DNA from: Candidatus Eiseniibacteriota bacterium
GTDB lineage: Bacteria; Eisenbacteria; RBG-16-71-46; CAVPCR01
Reading direction: 5' to 3'
Assembly: GCA_963823555.1 (NCBI GenBank)
Contig: CAWGMA010000001.1
Span: 1,376,001-1,440,000, forward strand
DNA: 64,000 nt
Shown here: piece by piece, positions 19,847 to 28,626 of the stretch
How the letters are laid out: each line of letters starts with the position of its first letter
How positions within the stretch are numbered: the stretch's first letter is position 1
Translations under genes and position numbers: made by a program
Notes under the pieces: generated by a model
What the model was told of the DNA's origin: nothing
What the model saw: only the letters and a program-made list of their open reading frames with translations
Databases searched by the model: none

Positions 19847-20174
19847 GACTCAACTCCTTCTCACGTTCCCGTTGCTGCGGCCTTTCCGTCGGCCGGAGCT
19901 TCGGGGTACTGGCGGTCGCCGCACCTTGGGGGCGGCGACCGCCGCTCCCCGTTGGCGTGAACCGGTGGCGAAACCGGCGTTTCGCATCCGCTCACGTCGT
20001 TGTTGTTTACTACTCTCTCAACGATGGTGGCGATGGAGCTGAACAGGAAATCTGGGCGCCGTGGAGATTCGGCCGTGCCGAAGAAGAACAGGAGTTCGCT
20101 TTCCTACAATGAACATGACAGGTTCGATGGAGAACCTGTGCACGGCGGGAGTGTGACCGGGGGCACGATCCTCT

Positions 20175-21692
20175 TCATTCCCGGGGCGGTGGCTCGGTCG
20201 TGGTGAGGGGGTCGGCCAGCTCGTACACGCGTCCGGCTGCGACCACTCCAGCCCACGAGGCGCGGAGGTCGGGAGCACCGAAGTGACGCTTGATCAAGCG
20301 CCCGCGCAGCTCGGCCCGCGTGCCGCGCGGGGGGGCCGCGACCAGTTCCCGCCACCGGGTCTCCGTTCCCAGGGAGTCCGCTGCCGCGAGCGCTCGGTCG
20401 ATCTCGGCTCCGCTTCCGTCCGCGATCCGGGCGAGGCCGACATCGAGGCGGTAGAGGCGGTCGATGAGCTCGGCTTGGCGCGGGTAATCGCGGATCGAGA
20501 AGCCCGCCTCCTCGATCTCGTGCTGGAGAGACGCTGCCGCTTCCTCCCCGATCTTCCTCCGGACCGCGTTCCACGATGTGGGCCTCCCCTTCCCCTCTTC
20601 CCCGCAACGGCGGTATAGCTCGTCGATCATCTTCGCCCATAGCCGCGCCGTACGCCAGTCGGCACGCTCGCGGGCGAGGAAGGTGCTCAGGGCGCGACGT
20701 CGCAAGGACGACTCGATGAGGAGCGAGCATTCGTCCTCGTCACCGCGGGCGATGGCGGCGAGTCCCCGCCGCCACTCGGCGATGAGGGGCCGCGCCCAGG
20801 GCGCGATGGGATCTTTGGTGTCGGCGGCCTCGATCCATGTCAGCAATCGCTCGTTCAGTCCGAGGGCCGTGGTCACCTCACCATCCATGGTGGCGATGGA
20901 TGCTTCCGGCATCAGGCTCACGGTGCGCAGGGCGCGGAGTGGGTGACGCAGGGTGAGGTTGTCCGGCCACGGGTGTCCGCGCAGGATGAGCTCGAGAAGG
21001 AGCGCGGTCACCCCCGAGCGCACGGCGATGGCCCACGATGATGCCGTGCCCCCGGCGGCGATCACGTGCACGCGGCGCCAGCCGCGGCCGGCGTAGTTGA
21101 GGCGGCAGGTCGTGAAGACGGCGCGGTCGTGCGTGGTGTGGGGTCCCGACACGCGCGTCATGAGCTCGGCGCGGGGGGCGAGGGCGAAGCCGTCACCTTC
21201 TGGCGAGGAATCCACCACCCCGGGCTCGGTCAGGATCGTACGCGCCACCACCCAGCTGAGCAGTGCCGGCGTGAGCTGCGACGGCTCGAGGGTCGTCGGC
21301 ACGCCATAGTTCTCGTGCGTGCCGAGACTCACCTCCCCAGGTTGATGGAAGGTCGAGGCGACGGCCGGTATGACCTTGTAACCCCATTCTTCCCGGAGGC
21401 GGTCCGAGGCCCGGGTGACCAGGGCGAGGCCTGCCTTGTGGGCCGCGGCCAGGTCGAACGGGTCGGTGCACTCAGGGGTCGACAGCTCGGGCACGAATCG
21501 CGGTGGATCGAGACCGATGGCTGCCCCGTTGGCCAGGAAGAGGGTCGAGCGATGTTTCGAACCCCAGCCGAGAGCATGGGGCTGGGTCGCCCCGACGGCC
21601 GCCAGGAGGGCGCGGCCGATGGACTCGCGAACCCGGAGCAGCGGGCGGGCGCCGAGCAACGCGAGCTCGCTTTCGAGGCCCATCACGATCAC
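20175..21692 (-). CDS. PafA/Dop-family (Pup ligase-like) carboxylate-amine ligase
   Basis: GLESE, FLANGA, LD...PELSTPEC, GTHENY, RRVHV, PPRGTRAELRG and terminal DP motifs occur in the same order as in actinobacterial PafA. Confidence 0.88.
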   Translation of the reverse strand: MIVMGLESELALLGARPLLRVRESIGRALLAAVGATQPHALGWGSKHRSTLFLANGAAIGLDPPRFVPELSTPECTDPFDLAAAHKAGLALVTRASDRLREEWGYKVIPAVASTFHQPGEVSLGTHENYGVPTTLEPSQLTPALLSWVVARTILTEPGVVDSSPEGDGFALAPRAELMTRVSGPHTTHDRAVFTTCRLNYAGRGWRRVHVIAAGGTASSWAIAVRSGVTALLLELILRGHPWPDNLTLRHPLRALRTVSLMPEASIATMDGEVTTALGLNERLLTWIEAADTKDPIAPWARPLIAEWRRGLAAIARGDEDECSLLIESSLRRRALSTFLARERADWRTARLWAKMIDELYRRCGEEGKGRPTSWNAVRRKIGEEAAASLQHEIEEAGFSIRDYPRQAELIDRLYRLDVGLARIADGSGAEIDRALAAADSLGTETRWRELVAAPPRGTRAELRGRLIKRHFGAPDLRASWAGVVAAGRVYELADPLTTTEPPPRE

Positions 21693-21758
21693 GGGTCGAA
21701 CTCTGGAGCTGGGTGGTGGGGGGACAGGTCGGACCGGGAACGCGGAGCGGGCGGTCGA

Positions 21759-21929
21759 TCACTCGCCCGCGAGCTGCCAGAGGATCTCTCCCTGGGGGCG
21801 AGTCGTATCGTTGTCGATTCGCCGGAGAAGATTCTCCACCACCGAGGCGGCACGCGCGGGTGGGACAGCGAGCGTTGCGGCTGGAACCTCGATCTCCTGG
21901 GGAGCGGTGATTTCGAGCTTGCTGGTCAT
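21759..21929 (-). CDS. Pup/UBact-like small protein modifier (56 aa, ends QLAGE)
   Basis: Strong SD GAGGAGGAG before ATG at 21929; Pro/Ala-rich N-terminus, helical VENLLRRID segment, C-terminal GE; directly upstream of the PafA-like gene. Confidence 0.75.
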   Translation of the reverse strand: MTSKLEITAPQEIEVPAATLAVPPARAASVVENLLRRIDNDTTRPQGEILWQLAGE

Positions 21930-22012
21930 GGTGGCTCCTCCTCGGATATGGAGTGGCGGCGCGGGGCCCTGCGGACCCCGCGCCGCCCGCGGTGGTCGGC
22001 GACGACGCTTCC

Positions 22013-22041
22013 ATGATACCCGCTCGACCATTCGGAGTCAC
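22013..22041 (-). promoter_or_regulatory. Sigma70-type promoter for the modifier-ligase cassette
   Basis: Minus strand GTGACT-N17-TATCAT, about 85 nt upstream of the modifier ATG. Confidence 0.5.
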
Positions 22042-22153
22042 GTCGGATTGGTCGCTGGTCCGAGCTGGCCCATCGGCCCACAGCCGGGGTCGCGTCCAGC
22101 CGATGCCAAGGTGCGCAATGCGTTGGGCCAGGGCCCCATCAACTTCCGGTTCG

Positions 22154-22696
22154 TCATTCGCTGGCGTAGTCGACGAGCGCAGACACCGGATATCCCTTGA
22201 GCTTCTCCCGACCGGGCAAGAACGAGAGCTCGATGACGAAGGCGAAGCCCGCGACACGGCCACCCTGGCGCTCGATGAGCTTGCCGGCAGCGGCGGCCGT
22301 CCCGCCCGTGGCCAGGAGATCGTCGACCACGAGGACGGCCTGACCGGGGCGCACGGTGTCGCGATGCATTTCGAGGCCATCGGTGCCGTATTCCAGAGCA
22401 TAGGTCTCGCGCATGGTCTCCCACGGCAGCTTCCCCGGCTTGCGGGCCAGTGCCACCGGGAGGCCGAGCTGGGCGGCCGCCGCTCCAGCGAAGACGAATC
22501 CGCGAGCCTCGATACCGACCAGGAGCTCGGCGCCCTTGTCGCGCGCTTCGCTGGCCAGCCAATCCACCGAGCGCCGGAATGCCGGTCCGTTCAGGAGCAG
22601 AGTGGTGATGTCACGAAAGACGATACCCGGCTTTGGAAAGTCCGGAACGTTGCGGATCAGGGTGCGCAGTTCGTCCTCGAGTGAAGCTGTGGACAT
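22154..22696 (-). CDS. apt: Adenine phosphoribosyltransferase
   Basis: IRNVPDFPKPGIVFRDIT, EARGF, RKPGKLP, LEYG and VDDLLATGGT motifs; SD GGAGG. Confidence 0.97.
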   Translation of the reverse strand: MSTASLEDELRTLIRNVPDFPKPGIVFRDITTLLLNGPAFRRSVDWLASEARDKGAELLVGIEARGFVFAGAAAAQLGLPVALARKPGKLPWETMRETYALEYGTDGLEMHRDTVRPGQAVLVVDDLLATGGTAAAAGKLIERQGGRVAGFAFVIELSFLPGREKLKGYPVSALVDYASE

Positions 22697-22782
22697 GGGA
22701 CCTCCTGGCAAGTGGAGTGCGAGATCGGACACTGGAGCACCCGCGCCGGGGCGCTCCAGTGTGGATGACGTGGCGACCGCCG

Positions 22783-23934
22783 CTACCCTACCACGCCGGC
22801 AGGCGGTCCGAGGCACCGGCGGGCCGCCGGGTGCGCCCCGCGGCCCGTGGTGTGACGGGTGCGGGCGACCGGCTGCTCCTCCCGGCTCGCGCTCGCATGA
22901 GCTCCGGTGAATCCCCGCAGCTTCTCCAGGGCTCGCTTCTCGATCTGACGCGTGCGCTCCCGACTGACACCGAGAAAGGCTCCTGTCTCCGCCAGCGTAT
23001 GGCAGCGCCCATCGAGGAAGCCGAAGCGGATTCGAAGCACTGCTTCCTCCTTGGTCCCGAGCCGACTGAGGAGCTGCTCCAGGCGTTCCTGCAGGCGCCG
23101 GAATTCGCTCTCCTCGGCGGGCGTGCGCGGGGGCTCGCAGCCCTCGTAGTCGATCAAGGTCTCCAGGGCCAGGTTGGGCGGGGCTGCGTCGAACGAGGTG
23201 ATGGTGGTGGCCGCCGCTCGCGTGCGTTCGACGTGCTCGACGCGCATGCCGAGAGCCGCCGCAACCTCGTCGTCATGTGGCATCCGGCCCAGCCGGTGGG
23301 ACAGGCGGCGGTCGGTCTCGATCAGGCGGCGGATGTTCTGCACGACATGCAGGGGAACGCGAACGGTGCGTACCTGTTTGGCGATGGCGCGGGTCACGGC
23401 TTGCCGGATCCACCACGAGGCATAGGTCGAGAAGCGGAAGCCGCGGCGCGGATCGAAGCGATCGACCGCGGTGATGAGCCCCAGGTTCCCCTCGGCGATC
23501 AGGTCGAGGAGTGGCAGACCGCGATCGCGATGGGCGGCTGCCAGCTTCACGACCAGGCGCAGGTTGGCGAGGATCATCCGCCGGCGCGCCCCGTCGTCGC
23601 CGCGGGCAATGGCCAGGCCCACGGCGATTTCCTCGCGTGCCGTGAGCAGGGGGACTCGACCGATCTCACGGAAGTACAGGAGCAGCGGATCTCCGGTTTC
23701 TCCTCGCCCCTGCCCTCCCCGCGCCGCTGTGAGCCGAGGACCCCAGTCAATGGAAATGTCCTCGGCCTCCGCTCGGGCCAGGAAGAGATCGAATTCTTCG
23801 AGGTCGAAGTCGGGGGACTTGACGATGCCGTCGATGATCGAGCTCGGGATCGAACCGTGCTCTCGCCCGTGATCCAGGGCGCTCTCGAGGGTGGACGAGA
23901 CGCTCGGGGCGGGGACCTCGATCGCGCTCGACAT
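22783..23934 (-). CDS. RpoD/RpoS-family sigma70 factor (RpoS-like by context)
   Basis: [17 protein letters not shown] (region 1.2), [28 protein letters not shown] and [11 protein letters not shown] motifs; lies downstream of surE-pcm. Confidence 0.9.
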   Translation of the reverse strand: MSSAIEVPAPSVSSTLESALDHGREHGSIPSSIIDGIVKSPDFDLEEFDLFLARAEAEDISIDWGPRLTAARGGQGRGETGDPLLLYFREIGRVPLLTAREEIAVGLAIARGDDGARRRMILANLRLVVKLAAAHRDRGLPLLDLIAEGNLGLITAVDRFDPRRGFRFSTYASWWIRQAVTRAIAKQVRTVRVPLHVVQNIRRLIETDRRLSHRLGRMPHDDEVAAALGMRVEHVERTRAAATTITSFDAAPPNLALETLIDYEGCEPPRTPAEESEFRRLQERLEQLLSRLGTKEEAVLRIRFGFLDGRCHTLAETGAFLGVSRERTRQIEKRALEKLRGFTGAHASASREEQPVARTRHTTGRGAHPAARRCLGPPAGVVG

Positions 23935-24179
23935 GGCTACCCCCCTTGGCTAGACACGCGGGCCCGGGAACGGGTCCGGCGGCAAGACGGAGGAGCCGTC
24001 TTCCCCGCGCGGACACCGCGTGAGTGTCCTGATGGACGAGAGGACCTCGCGCCGTCAGCTGCCAGCCTGCGTCAGGCGTGAGCAGGCATGCCAGTGCGGC
24101 GGACAGGAGGGGGACTTCCTGGAGGAGGGGACTTCCACCGGCACCGCCTGGACGGTGCCGCCATGGGGAGAGGATATTG

Positions 24180-24257
<78 letters not shown>

Positions 24258-24368
24258 AACACCACATCCACTCGCCGCCCGTGGGGCTCGCGAGCGCCCG
24301 GAGCATAGCACCGAGGCTCCATGAGAAACAACATCGCCGTCCCGGCGTTTTCTTCCCCCTCGGGAGCC

Positions 24369-25082
24369 TCATGGCTCGCCATCCTGGGCTCTCTGGGCGG
24401 GCGGCTCGGAATCAGGGCTGCCGGGAACGAGGGGCACGAAACGGCACGGGCACAGGGTCTGGGCCTCGAGCTCCCGGCCGTGGCGGCTCCAGACGGTCAG
24501 GATCTGTGTTTCCGCCTCCGGGCCGAGCGGCAGTACGAGGCGGCCGCCGTCAGCGAGCTGCTCGGCCAGAGCCAGGGGCAGCTCAGGGGCGGCGGCAGAC
24601 ACGAGAACGGCATCGAAAGGGGCATCATCTGGATGACCTCTGGCGCCGTCGCCGACCAGGATCTCGCAGTGGTCGAGACCGAGAACCTCGAGACGGTCTC
24701 GCGCCGCGGAGGCCAGTTCGGGGATGCGCTCGATGCCGACGACCCAGTTGGCAAGATGCGCCAGGACCGCCGTCGCGTATCCCGACCCCGAGCCGACGTC
24801 GAGAACCGTTTCCCGTCCTCTGAGTTCGAGCGCCTCGACCATGAGGGCTACGATGTAGGGCTGCGAGATGGTCTGCCCATGACCGATCGGCAGGGCCCGA
24901 TCCGCATAGGCCTCATCCCGTAGGTCGGGAGGGACGAAGAGCTCTCTCGGGACGGCATCCATGGCGGCGAGGACCCGCTCGTCGCGAATGCCTCGGCCGC
25001 GCAGATCATGCGTGATCATCCGCTCGCGATCGGCCGCCAGGTCCGCCGCGGGCCGGTGCGGGAAGAACTCGCGGAAGATCAT
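24369..25082 (-). CDS. pcm: Protein-L-isoaspartate O-methyltransferase
   Basis: VPRELFV, AYADRALPIGHGQTISQPY, LDVGSGSGY and CRFVPL motifs. Confidence 0.96.
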   Translation of the reverse strand: MIFREFFPHRPAADLAADRERMITHDLRGRGIRDERVLAAMDAVPRELFVPPDLRDEAYADRALPIGHGQTISQPYIVALMVEALELRGRETVLDVGSGSGYATAVLAHLANWVVGIERIPELASAARDRLEVLGLDHCEILVGDGARGHPDDAPFDAVLVSAAAPELPLALAEQLADGGRLVLPLGPEAETQILTVWSRHGRELEAQTLCPCRFVPLVPGSPDSEPPAQRAQDGEP

Positions 25083-25098
25083 CGCCGGCGTGCCCCCT

Positions 25099-25977
25099 TC
25101 ATGGCCCGAGTCCCGTCAGGTCCCAGGCTGCGATGCGCTCCAGGCCATCATAGTCCGTCCGGTCGAGACGGAGCGGCGTGATGGACACCCTCCCCTCCTC
25201 GATCGCCGCGAAATCGGTCTCCTCGTGGCCGGCCCCGCGCTCCCAGATGGGTGTCTCGCCGCCTATCCAGTAGTAGGGCCGGCCGTGGGGATCGACCTTG
25301 GCCACGACGATATCGCGGTAGATGCGCTTGCCGAGCCGGGTCACCGCGAAGCCGCCGATCTCGTCCCGCCGCCGCGCCGGGATGTTCACGTTGAGCAGGA
25401 GCCCATTGTCCTCGGGCGGGCGCTCCGCGTTCGCCTGGCCCACGGCGCCGAGCGCGATGAGACGCGCCGCGAGGAGGGCGGTGAGCGCCCCGGCATGGGG
25501 CAGGTCGCGCTCGGGCTCGCGTCCGAGCGAGACCGCGATCGCGGGGATGCCCAGGCGATGCCCTTCGACAGCAGCCGCCACGGTGCCCGAGTAGTTGACG
25601 TCGTCGCCCAGGTTGGGCCCGTGGTTGATGCCGGAGACGAGAAGGTCAGGGTACCTCTCCAGCACGCCGTGCACCGCCAACAGGACGCAGTCGGTCGGAG
25701 TGCCGTCGACCGAGATCACGTCCGGCGCCAGCTGCGTCATGCGCAGCGGATGATGCAGGGTCAAGGCGTGGCTCTTCGCCGACTGCTCCCGATCGGGGGC
25801 CACACAGACCACGCGGCCCAGGGACGCGAGCGCATGGCGCAAGCAGTCGAGGCCCGGGGCGCTCACCCCATCGTCATTGGTGACCAGGATCAGGCGTTCC
25901 GGATCTCCGGCATGGGCGGCACGATCGCCGGCCGGTTCGCCCGGCCGGGGAAGAGGAGCTTTGGGATCAGCGGGCAC
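25099..25977 (-). CDS. surE: 5'/3'-nucleotidase SurE
   Basis: ILVTNDDG, DGTPTDCV and SGINHGPNLGDDVNYSGTVAAA motifs. Confidence 0.97.
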   Translation of the reverse strand: MPADPKAPLPRPGEPAGDRAAHAGDPERLILVTNDDGVSAPGLDCLRHALASLGRVVCVAPDREQSAKSHALTLHHPLRMTQLAPDVISVDGTPTDCVLLAVHGVLERYPDLLVSGINHGPNLGDDVNYSGTVAAAVEGHRLGIPAIAVSLGREPERDLPHAGALTALLAARLIALGAVGQANAERPPEDNGLLLNVNIPARRRDEIGGFAVTRLGKRIYRDIVVAKVDPHGRPYYWIGGETPIWERGAGHEETDFAAIEEGRVSITPLRLDRTDYDGLERIAAWDLTGLGP

Positions 25978-26737
25978 GGAGTTCTCTTTCTCTCCCTTCG
26001 CGGCGTGAGGGCGTGAGGCGGAGAGCGACCGGGGTCAGCCGCGCAAAGAGCCCCAGGAAGCGGAGCGTATCGCGAAACGGCCGGATATTGCTCTTTTCTT
26101 CACCATAGATGGTCTGGATCGGTACCGAGCCGATCTCGAAGCCGCTCACCGCCGCCTTGACCAGGATTTCCGACTCCGCCTCGAAGCGATCGTAGCGAAG
26201 ATCGAGCGTGGTCAACACGCGCGAAGCGATCAGCCGGTAGCCGGATTGCGAGTCATCCACCCATTGTCCCGCCAGGAGCGAAACCGCAAGCGAGGTGGTG
26301 CGATTGGCGAAGATGCGAAGCCGGGGCATGGTGCGGGTGTCGGCCATGCGGGTGCCGACGAGGAGATCGTATCGGCCGTGGGCGGCGGTGGTGATGAATG
26401 AGCTCATCTCCCGTGGATCGTGCTGGCCGTCCGCGTCCAGTGTGAAGACCCAGTGCGCTCCCGCGCTGATGGCCGCCGTGAATCCGGTGCGCAAGGCGGC
26501 TCCCTTGCCGCGGTTCTGCGGGTGAACGAGCACGTGAACGCCGGCCGCTCGAGCGTGGGCGATCGAGCCGTCGGTGGCGCCGTCGTCGACGACGAAGATC
26601 GAATCACGACCCAGCTCGTCGGCCGCCAGGGCGACCACTTCGCCAAGAATGGCCCCTGGGTTGTAGGCGGGAATCACGGCGCACACATGTCCAATCGGTG
26701 CACGCGGGGCCGTGGAGCGGACCGTGGAGTCGTTCAT
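25967..26737 (-). CDS. Family 2 glycosyltransferase (DPM-synthase-like)
   Basis: VIPAYN, VVDDGATD, NRGKGAAL, LDADGQH and DSQSGYR motifs. Confidence 0.92.
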   Translation of the reverse strand: MNDSTVRSTAPRAPIGHVCAVIPAYNPGAILGEVVALAADELGRDSIFVVDDGATDGSIAHARAAGVHVLVHPQNRGKGAALRTGFTAAISAGAHWVFTLDADGQHDPREMSSFITTAAHGRYDLLVGTRMADTRTMPRLRIFANRTTSLAVSLLAGQWVDDSQSGYRLIASRVLTTLDLRYDRFEAESEILVKAAVSGFEIGSVPIQTIYGEEKSNIRPFRDTLRFLGLFARLTPVALRLTPSRREGRERELRAR

Positions 26738-27654
26738 GTGGCCCCCGTCGCCGGGCCCGGGCGCTGGGTTCGCGCCGCCGAGCTCCTCTCCCGAGGCCAG
26801 AGAGGAACGAAGACGAACCACTGTTCGGGGTGGCGGCGGATGATCCACTCGAGCTCGCGGGCACAGCGGTCAACCAGCGTGGACACTCGCTCCTCCGGGT
26901 CCAGTCCTTCGAGATCGGTCGCAGCGACCGGTGGCCTCACGATGAGACGAAAGCGCCCGCGCGCCGTGCGCAGGCAGAACGCCGGCACCACGGTCGCCCC
27001 GGTCTTGAGAGCGAGGCTAGCATGGGCGCGCGGCATCATCGTCGATTCCCCGAAGAAGGGCGTGAACAGCCCCTGCCCGGCATAGTCACGATCGGCGATG
27101 AGGCCGATCACTCCCCCCGCGTGCAGGCACTCGAGCATGGCGAAGGTGGATCCGGTCAGGGGCAGCACGTCGATGCCCTTGGCTCGACGCCGCTCATCGA
27201 AGAATCGTGTGACCCGACCGGCTCCGTGCGGCAGGGCAACGGCCTTGACCTGGATGCCGCTCTGGGCGAGCCACGCGCCCCCGTATTCCCAGTTGCCGAT
27301 GTGGGCGGATAGCAGGATCACGCCGTGACCGCGGGCGAGCGCGGACTGGAAGTGAGCGAGCCCCTCGACCACGATGACGCGTTCGAGATCGCCGCGCTCC
27401 ATTCCCGGAAGGCGCAGGAAGTCAACGATATTGAACGCGAAATTGTGAAAGACATGGCGCGCGATCCGGGGGATCCGGTTGCGTTCCGGAGGCTGAGGGC
27501 ACACTCGCTGCAGGTTCGCGACCACCGCTCGCCGCGAGCGGAAATTGATGAGGAAATTGAGATCGGCGATACCGGCTGCGAAGAGATAGGTCAGGCTGAG
27601 GGGCAATACGCGGGCTATGGCGCTACCGAGCTTGTAGAGGAAGAATGCGATCAC
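26734..27654 (-). CDS. Lipid acyltransferase (LpxL/HtrB/PatA-like)
   Basis: AHIGNWE, IADRD, FFG and HPEQWF motifs. Confidence 0.9.
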   Translation of the reverse strand: MIAFFLYKLGSAIARVLPLSLTYLFAAGIADLNFLINFRSRRAVVANLQRVCPQPPERNRIPRIARHVFHNFAFNIVDFLRLPGMERGDLERVIVVEGLAHFQSALARGHGVILLSAHIGNWEYGGAWLAQSGIQVKAVALPHGAGRVTRFFDERRRAKGIDVLPLTGSTFAMLECLHAGGVIGLIADRDYAGQGLFTPFFGESTMMPRAHASLALKTGATVVPAFCLRTARGRFRLIVRPPVAATDLEGLDPEERVSTLVDRCARELEWIIRRHPEQWFVFVPLWPRERSSAARTQRPGPATGAT

Positions 27655-27696
27655 GCCGGACCGCTCCAGCGCACCTGCGATGGCCCCGGGTCGAAA

Positions 27697-27773
<77 letters not shown>

Positions 27774-27893
27774 ACCACACCGACTCGTGCAAGCAGGTAA
27801 GGCTAGCAGGAGTGGACTCGGTGACGCAAGGCCCCCGGGGGGACCGTTCACGTCCGGATTCTCTCGGGACCGGCGCGGCCGTGCCACCGGTCA

Positions 27894-28568
27894 TCAGCCT
27901 GTCTCCTGGCCCTTGCGGCTGGTTTCGGCCGTGGCGGGGTCGCCCGCTGGCTCCGGGCCCGACGATTCCTCGTCGGCCGACGTCTCCTCGGATTCCCGGC
28001 CGATCGCGACCGGCAGCGGCTCGTCCCCGGAGTCCGCGGTCACCTCCCCTTCTTCCTCGAAGGCCGTCTCTTCCTCCGTGGTATCCGCCTCGGCCCCGGT
28101 TGCGAACTCCAGATCGCGGAAGAGGCCCTTCCGTCGCCCGCCGGTCCCGGTCGTTTCCTCACGACGACTGAGTACCTCGATCGGCATCTCGCCGCGCAGC
28201 ACGGCCAGGAGCTCGGTGACATCCTGCTTGAGCATGCGCAACAGCTCCTCCCGCGAGATGCCGACGAAGTCGAGCTCGGTCTGTCCGCCACCGCTGCGTC
28301 GCTCATCCAGCAGCTTCCGCCGCGCTCCGGCGATGGTGAAGCCCTCCTCGTAGAGCAGCTTCTTGATCCGGAGCGCGATCTTGACGTCCTTGACGCGGTA
28401 ACTGCGATTGCCCGCCCGGTTCTTGCGCGGGCGGAGGGTCTTGAATTGCGTTTCCCAGTAGCGGAGGACATGCGCCTTGACGTTGAGCAGTTCCGCCACC
28501 TCGCTGATCGAGTAGTAGAGCTTTCCGCTGCCGTCCTGCGCTGATTCCCGGACCTTCCTGGTCGCCAC
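27894..28568 (-). CDS. MerR-family HTH regulator with an acidic tail
   Basis: KLYYSISEVA...HVLRYWETQF..LRPRKNRAGNRSY...LLYEEGFTIAGA; GTG start with SD GGAGG. Confidence 0.9.
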   Translation of the reverse strand: MATRKVRESAQDGSGKLYYSISEVAELLNVKAHVLRYWETQFKTLRPRKNRAGNRSYRVKDVKIALRIKKLLYEEGFTIAGARRKLLDERRSGGGQTELDFVGISREELLRMLKQDVTELLAVLRGEMPIEVLSRREETTGTGGRRKGLFRDLEFATGAEADTTEEETAFEEEGEVTADSGDEPLPVAIGRESEETSADEESSGPEPAGDPATAETSRKGQETG

Positions 28569-28626
28569 GCGAGCCTCCGTTGACGAGATCAAACGACCCC
28601 GATCGGTTGATGTCTTCCGGTGCGCC

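Noticed and set aside
21930..22031. Longer 90-aa version of the modifier ORF
   Set aside because: The strong SD sits directly before the ATG at 21929, and the extension overlaps the predicted promoter.
11732..22153. Prophage or integrative element between the tRNAs
   Set aside because: No integrase, transposase, phage genes or clear duplicated tRNA 3' end (att site) found.
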